From contig JBEKSS010000005.1 of assembly GCA_049516875.1 (NCBI GenBank), forward strand, positions 65,983 to 129,982: a stretch of 64,000 nt of DNA, written 5' to 3'. Under the pieces are notes generated by a model. That model was not told the origin of the DNA, searched no databases, and saw only the letters and a program-made list of their open reading frames with translations. The translations under genes and the position numbers were made by a program. This DNA is from Candidatus Bathyarchaeia archaeon. Lineage in GTDB: Archaea; Thermoproteota; Bathyarchaeia; Bathyarchaeales; Bathycorpusculaceae. Below, piece by piece: positions 58,675-64,000 of the stretch (positions are counted from its first letter, which is position 1; the number at the start of each line of letters is the position of its first letter).

Positions 58675-60000
58675 CTAAGCATGCACAGTTTTCTCTTCTT
58701 GCGGAAGTTTAGGCTTCTGCCTCGTGACTTGCTCGACTATCTTCCAGAATTCTTCTTCCGTCAAGCCTTTTCTGAGGTCTTTCATCAACTTCTTGATCTG
58801 GTAGAAGGTCATCTGCGCTTCGCCTTTGTCCAGACGCTCGTGCGCTCCTCTGATTCTTCTGACGATTTCTTCTGTTTGCATGGGCGTGGCCTTGATTTCT
58901 GCCTGTGCCAGACGGTTTTCAACAAGACTTTTGCCTGCTTGCCTGCCAAGGTAAAACATGGTTTCTCTTCCAATAATTTCCGGTGGAAACGGCTCGATTG
59001 CGAGCGGATTTGAAAGAACGTCCTTGATGTTTTCGTCTTCTTCGTATGAAAAAACGTTCTCTCCTATGAGCGGTTTGTGAAACTGGATTGGCAAGGCAAA
59101 AGTCTTTTCAGCCAGTTGCGAAAGCCGGTAGAGCTTGCCCAAGTCTACGCCAGTATCCACGTCATAAAGCAGTTCCAGTGCGGTGCAAACTTCTTCCAAA
59201 GGTGCACATCCCGCCCTTTCGCCGTATCCCGCAATACAAGTGTGAACGTGTGCAACGCCTTCTTCAACAGCTGCCAGACTGTTCGCCGTGGCTAATCCGA
59301 AGTCGTTGTGACAGTGAACCGTGAGCGGAACATCTTTCTTGACCAGTTCTGACAGGCCTTCTCTCACATGGGATACGAGGTAACGCATTGACAATGGCCT
59401 CAAGAACCCGAATGTGTCAGCGATCACTAGCCGGTCTGCGCCAGCTCTCACTGCTGCTTCAAAAATCTGTAGTATATCCTGCAACGGTGTCCTTGAACCG
59501 TCTTCCAAGACAAAATCCACTTTTGCCCCATGTCTTCTTGCGTATTCAATGCACTCGATAGTCTTTTTCAAAACCTGCTCCTTAGTCAACTTCACCCTGT
59601 ACTGAAGGTTCAAACCGTTGAACGGTGTGAATATCGGAATCTCTCTTATGCCACATTCCAAACAGACGTCTATGTCGCTTTTGACGATGCGTGCAGAAGC
59701 AGCGAGGCTTGCCTGCTGAAAGCCTTCATTAGCAATCTTCTTGACAGTGCTCTTTTCTTCTTCGGAAAGTCCGGGGAAACCAACAGTTATTATGTTCACT
59801 CCGACCTCATCCATCATCTTGGCAAGCTTCACTTTCTCAACATAAGTCAAAAAAACGGCGGGAGCTTGAACTCCTTCCCTCAAGGTTTCGTCCCAAATAA
59901 ACACCCTTTCAGGAAGCTTCGGAGGCAAATTCTTTCTCAGATGATTGTAATTCGCAATCAGGCCCTGAGCCTCAAGCCTCTTGAATATTGTCTTTCTCAT
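58675..60000 (-). CDS. DRE-TIM 2-oxoacid:acetyl-CoA condensing enzyme (LeuA/CimA/homocitrate synthase family), no regulatory domain
   Basis: DETLREGVQ, EDGSR, ADTFG, HCHNDFGLATANSL, GERAG. Confidence 0.85.
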   Translation of the reverse strand: MRKTIFKRLEAQGLIANYNHLRKNLPPKLPERVFIWDETLREGVQAPAVFLTYVEKVKLAKMMDEVGVNIITVGFPGLSEEEKSTVKKIANEGFQQASLAASARIVKSDIDVCLECGIREIPIFTPFNGLNLQYRVKLTKEQVLKKTIECIEYARRHGAKVDFVLEDGSRTPLQDILQIFEAAVRAGADRLVIADTFGFLRPLSMRYLVSHVREGLSELVKKDVPLTVHCHNDFGLATANSLAAVEEGVAHVHTCIAGYGERAGCAPLEEVCTALELLYDVDTGVDLGKLYRLSQLAEKTFALPIQFHKPLIGENVFSYEEDENIKDVLSNPLAIEPFPPEIIGRETMFYLGRQAGKSLVENRLAQAEIKATPMQTEEIVRRIRGAHERLDKGEAQMTFYQIKKLMKDLRKGLTEEEFWKIVEQVTRQKPKLPQEEKTVHA

Positions 60001-60220
60001 CCAACACACTTTCCAACAAGCGAGGCACATTGCTATTCTAACAGTCAATAATATAAGACTTGACATAAACTCACCTTTCAAGATTGGGCAGCAAAGACTT
60101 CGATGCCACTATCTCCACGTCGGTCTCTCAAGTGGCCCAAGTTCAAGAACATTTGTTGATACTTTGGCGAAAGTTTAAAATTCCATGGCCTCTTAGCCAA
60201 TACTGTTCGTGGTGTAGAAC

Positions 60221-61750
60221 ATGGAGCATTTTTCATGGTGGAGCGAGAAACACATAAACCTGATGGAGGAAGCGAAGGCTTTTGCTGACAAGTCCTTGCC
60301 AAGAGGCGAGGAAATCTTTTGGACCAAAGAGTTTCCAGACGGACTTCTGAAAGAAGTGGCCAGAAAAGGATGGTTCGGAGCCGTGGTCCCAGTCGATTAT
60401 GGCGGGATGAACGTAGGTGTGACTGGCGCAAGCATCGTGACTGAAGAGTTGAGCAGAGTTTGTTCAGCCTTGTCCGAGGCGTACGCGGTTTCCCTGTTCG
60501 GTGGTGTCGAGCAGCTTCTTACCTTCGGAAGCGAAGAGCAAAAGCGCAGATGGCTTCCCAGAATAGCCAAAGGAGACGTGGTGGGCGCGGTGTGCATAAC
60601 AGAACCTTTCGTCGGCTCCGACGCTGCTGGAATCGAAACAACCGCTACTCGTGAAGGCAACAACTACGTTTTGAACGGCAAAAAACGTTTCATAACGAAC
60701 GCTGGGCTGGCTGACATCTACGTCGTCTACGCTAGAACCAGTGAAAAACCCGAGGACAAATCCAAATATCAACACCTCACCGCTTTCCTCGTTGAAAAGG
60801 GAACACCGGGCTTCTCGGTTGAAAAGATCAATGAGCTTTCAGGCTGGTTCGGTCTTCCGAACGGCTTCTTGGACTTCAACGAAGTAAGAGTGCCCGCCCA
60901 AAACCGCATAGGCCAAGAAGGCGCCGGCTGGAAGGTGATGATGGCGGGCCTAAACTTTGAGCGCATCGTCTTCTCAGCCGGCATGCTTGGCCCGATGAGA
61001 GAGGCAATACGTCACGCTGTTGGCTACACTCAGCGGCGTTTGCAATTCGACAAGCCTACAATTGATATTCCAGTCAACCAAGGCAAAATCGCCGAAATGC
61101 TTTCAGGACTGTACACTTCACGCCTGCTCGTGTACCATGCCGCTTACCTTCTGGATCAGCATAAAGATGCGATGGTGGAGGCTGCAACCGCCAAGATGTT
61201 CGCGTCCGACACTTTTGAAAAACTCATAAGCGACGCTGTCCAGGTTATGGGAGGCGACGGATGGACACGGTTTTATCCTGTTGAAAGCTACCTGCGGGAC
61301 GCAAAAGTCAACCAGATCGGAGCCGGAACCAATCAAATCATGAAACTCGTCATCTTCAGAGGCGGCTTGAAAGCAATGAGCAAAGACCTCAAGATGCCCT
61401 GGCGACGCTTACACGAGAAACTTCAAGTTCCGACATCAACGGTCGAACCGCCTGCAAAGGCTGAGCCAACCGAAGAGAACATACTCAAGATGCTCTCAGA
61501 CGACTACATCGTGAACCCAGGTCTTCACATGACACGAGAAGATCTGAAAGAAAGGCTAACAGACCAGAACGATGAAGGACTCGACAAAACCCTCAAAGCC
61601 CTCGAAACCAAGAATCTCGCCAGACTCTACCGCGATGCAAGAGGGACAATAGCGCTCGTCAAAGCCACTTACGAAGGACTGCGCAAAGCAAGGCCCCTAC
61701 AACAATACCAGTGGTACCCGGACTGGCTAGGCAAAGAACACATCTTCTAA
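60221..61750 (+). CDS. Acyl-CoA dehydrogenase with C-terminal extension
   Basis: [40 protein letters not shown]; ~120 extra C-terminal residues. Confidence 0.9.
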   Translation: MEHFSWWSEKHINLMEEAKAFADKSLPRGEEIFWTKEFPDGLLKEVARKGWFGAVVPVDYGGMNVGVTGASIVTEELSRVCSALSEAYAVSLFGGVEQLLTFGSEEQKRRWLPRIAKGDVVGAVCITEPFVGSDAAGIETTATREGNNYVLNGKKRFITNAGLADIYVVYARTSEKPEDKSKYQHLTAFLVEKGTPGFSVEKINELSGWFGLPNGFLDFNEVRVPAQNRIGQEGAGWKVMMAGLNFERIVFSAGMLGPMREAIRHAVGYTQRRLQFDKPTIDIPVNQGKIAEMLSGLYTSRLLVYHAAYLLDQHKDAMVEAATAKMFASDTFEKLISDAVQVMGGDGWTRFYPVESYLRDAKVNQIGAGTNQIMKLVIFRGGLKAMSKDLKMPWRRLHEKLQVPTSTVEPPAKAEPTEENILKMLSDDYIVNPGLHMTREDLKERLTDQNDEGLDKTLKALETKNLARLYRDARGTIALVKATYEGLRKARPLQQYQWYPDWLGKEHIF

Positions 61751-61902
61751 CCGACCAGACACGACTGGGAACTTGGCAGTTCGTCGCAGATGACCATCTG
61801 AGAGGAGTCTGTTCAGAATCCGAGTTTAAAGTATCTGGTTTTCATAAATGATATAGTTCACTGGGAAGCAATTGGGGTTCAGTCAACAACGAGGGGTCCC
61901 AG

Positions 61903-62256
61903 ATGAGTGTTAAAATTCTGGATGAGATTTTGGCTACTGACAGTCGGATAAGGTATGCGGGTATCTTGGACAAGGATCTCAAGACGGTGTCTTCGAAGGC
62001 TAGGGAGGGGTTGAGGCGGGAAGACGAGAATTTCGATCGTCAAATGGCTGGCCTAGCGTCTCCCATAATCCTTGGGACTCTGTCCAGGTTCACCGACAAA
62101 GCAGGAAAGCTGATCTGTTGCGGCGTCAGATACGATAAGGGAACGTTTCTGTTCTTTAAGGTAGACGAGAGCTTCGTGGTCGTGAGCACTGAACCTGGCC
62201 CTCCCTATGTCATAGTGCTGGAACTTGAAGAGAAAATCGGATCTAATGTTCACTAG
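61903..62256 (+). CDS. Small roadblock/profilin-like alpha-beta protein
   Basis: IL..DSRIRYAGILD..REG..G....VRYDK..F..VVSTE pattern. Confidence 0.55.
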   Translation: MSVKILDEILATDSRIRYAGILDKDLKTVSSKAREGLRREDENFDRQMAGLASPIILGTLSRFTDKAGKLICCGVRYDKGTFLFFKVDESFVVVSTEPGPPYVIVLELEEKIGSNVH

Positions 62257-62585
62257 TGTCTCAATTAGGATTGCACGAACTTTCAGATCCATATGACGCT
62301 GAGGGCGCTGTGAGTCGCTGAAGAAACTGTGCGGCAGGGATGAATTGCGTCTTTGAAGTAAGATTAGGAGATTTAATGTACGATTCGTTTGTGCGAACGC
62401 TGGTTGAAGATGTGATGAGGTTAGACGGTTGGCGCATGCTGTGTCTTGTTCGATTCTGAATTGCAAAGCTTATAAATCTACACAATCGATTCATAAGCAT
62501 TTAATCTTTCAGACGTAAACCTAAAGGCTGGTATTTGATTGTCCTGTGTATCGTGTTTCAGGTTGCGTGAGAGGTAGATGTTTGG

Positions 62586-64000
62586 ATGACAGAATCTGTC
62601 GTTGAGTCTTCTACAAAAACAGTTTCAAATGTGGCTAAGACAGAGAAAATCAGAGTCTTACACGTTGACGACGACCTCGCATTTCTGAAAATTGCGAAAC
62701 AATGCTTGGAATTACAGGGTGAAATTGATGTGGATACTGCGTCTTCAGTCAACGAAGCTCTAGGAAAATTGAAGGAAATGGATTATGATGTTGTTGTTTC
62801 TGATTATCAAATGCCTGAGAAAGATGGTCTTGAATTTTTGAAAGAACTGCGAGCAAATGGAAACACCGTTCCATTCATTGTTTTTACTGGAAAAGGCAGA
62901 GAAGAAATTGCTGTTAAGGCGCTTAACCTTGGCGCTGACCGATACGTTGACAAGCACGGCGGCCCAGAGGCAGTCTACTGTGAACTAGCACATGCTTTAC
63001 GCCAAGCAGTAGACAGAAAGTCAAAACAAATCGAGGCGTTGAAGAGAGAGGCTAAACTTAATGCAATTCTAGAGTCGTCTCCAGAAGCTATCACAGTCAC
63101 TGATCTCGATGAAAACATAGTCGAATGCAACCGAGCGGCAGTAGATATGCATGGTGGTCAGTCGAAAGAGGACTTGATTGGCAAAAATAGTCTTGAGCTC
63201 ATCGCGAAAAAAGACCATAAGAGAGTAATGCAGAGTCTAAAGAAGGTAATTGAGCAAGGGTCTGTGAAAAACATAGAATACACTTTTGTCACTAAGGACG
63301 GGCGTGAATTTCCAGCGGAATTGTCCGCAAGTGTTGTAAGGGATGCCTCAGGAAAAACTGAGTATTTAGTGGCAATAACTAAGAACATCACGGAACGCAA
63401 GAAAGCGGAGGAGGCTTTGAGGAAATCTGAAGAGAAGTGGCGTTCACTGGCAGAAAATGCCCCAAACATAATTATGATCGTTGATCGTCTCGGTACAATT
63501 CAGTTCATTAATCGCACTGTAATAGATGCTCGCCCAGAAGAAATTGTGGGGAAGAGTATTTACGATTTCATAGGTCCTGAGCATCACAACGTAGTAAAGA
63601 AAACCATTGAACAGGTTTTCCAAACTGGAGAGGGTAGAAGCTACGAGATCAGTGGAGCTGGTCCTAAAGGCAGTGTTTCATGGTATGAGACCCAAGTGGG
63701 ACCTGTCAGGCTGGATGGAAAAGTTGCCTCTGTGACACTAATCACTACTGACATCACTGAACGCAAGAAAGCGGACCAAACGTTGCACGCGAGTTTGGAT
63801 CGTTATCGATCTTTCATTGAAGTAACGGGGGAGTTGGGATGGACCACAAGCGCCGATGGAGAGATAGTGGAAGATTTGCCTTCCTTTAGGGAATTTACTG
63901 GTCTGACTTACGAGGAGATTAAAGGTTGGGGCTGGTCGAAAGCTCTTCATCCTGATGACCTTGAACGCACAACACGGATATGGAAAGAAGCCGTCAGGAC
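62586..64000 (+). CDS. Receiver-PAS-PAS-PAS signal transduction protein (probably hybrid kinase), runs off the window
   Basis: Translated by hand from ATG 62586: IRVLHVDDD..VVSDYQMP..FTGKG, then PAS repeats ending NITERKKAE and DITERKKA. Absent from the ORF track because there is no stop in the window. Confidence 0.88.
   Translation, partial: MTESVVESSTKTVSNVAKTEKIRVLHVDDDLAFLKIAKQCLELQGEIDVDTASSVNEALGKLKEMDYDVVVSDYQMPEKDGLEFLKELRANGNTVPFIVFTGKGREEIAVKALNLGADRYVDKHGGPEAVYCELAHALRQAVDRKSKQIEALKREAKLNAILESSPEAITVTDLDENIVECNRAAVDMHGGQSKEDLIGKNSLELIAKKDHKRVMQSLKKVIEQGSVKNIEYTFVTKDGREFPAELSASVVRDASGKTEYLVAITKNITERKKAEEALRKSEEKWRSLAENAPNIIMIVDRLGTIQFINRTVIDARPEEIVGKSIYDFIGPEHHNVVKKTIEQVFQTGEGRSYEISGAGPKGSVSWYETQVGPVRLDGKVASVTLITTDITERKKADQTLHASLDRYRSFIEVTGELGWTTSADGEIVEDLPSFREFTGLTYEEIKGWGWSKALHPDDLERTTRIWKEAVR

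Noticed and set aside
358-63950. Numerous 60-190 aa ORFs antisense to or nested in the called genes
   Set aside because: Shadow frames of well-supported genes, with no recognisable motifs

Overview
This is a gene-dense archaeal chromosome segment, most likely Bathyarchaeia/TACK. That assignment is an inference from a eukaryote-type topoisomerase IB, an archaeal PoK/PPS CoA pathway, an archaellin, a PEF-CTERM-like tail, DUF3227-like output proteins and intronless archaeal tRNAs. It holds about 65 CDS and 4 tRNAs (Ile-GAT, Arg-TCG, Gln-CTG, Ala-GGC). Clusters are: two glycogen synthase-like GTs followed by two DUF72 fusion genes; an ABC exporter; an nrdR-nrdD-nrdG operon with tandem NrdR boxes; a dph5-ribL-ribK block next to a seven-gene CoA operon; and a lipS2/lipS1 lipoyl synthase locus flanked by a CoA-transferase, a LeuA/AksA-like synthase and an acyl-CoA dehydrogenase. 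One MBL hydrolase gene is heavily frameshifted. The most notable items are (1) an orphan RpoH carrying an N-terminal domain that resembles the eukaryote-specific jaw domain of Rpb5, (2) a compact homologue of eukaryotic peptide:N-glycanase (Png1/NGLY1) next to TopoIB, (3) a roughly 770-bp unexplained non-coding tract with direct repeats, an AT-rich core and hairpins after tRNA-Arg, and (4) hints of near-cognate start codons. I saw no CRISPR array, rRNA, integrase or transposase. All family calls come from motif recognition by eye; no database search was run.
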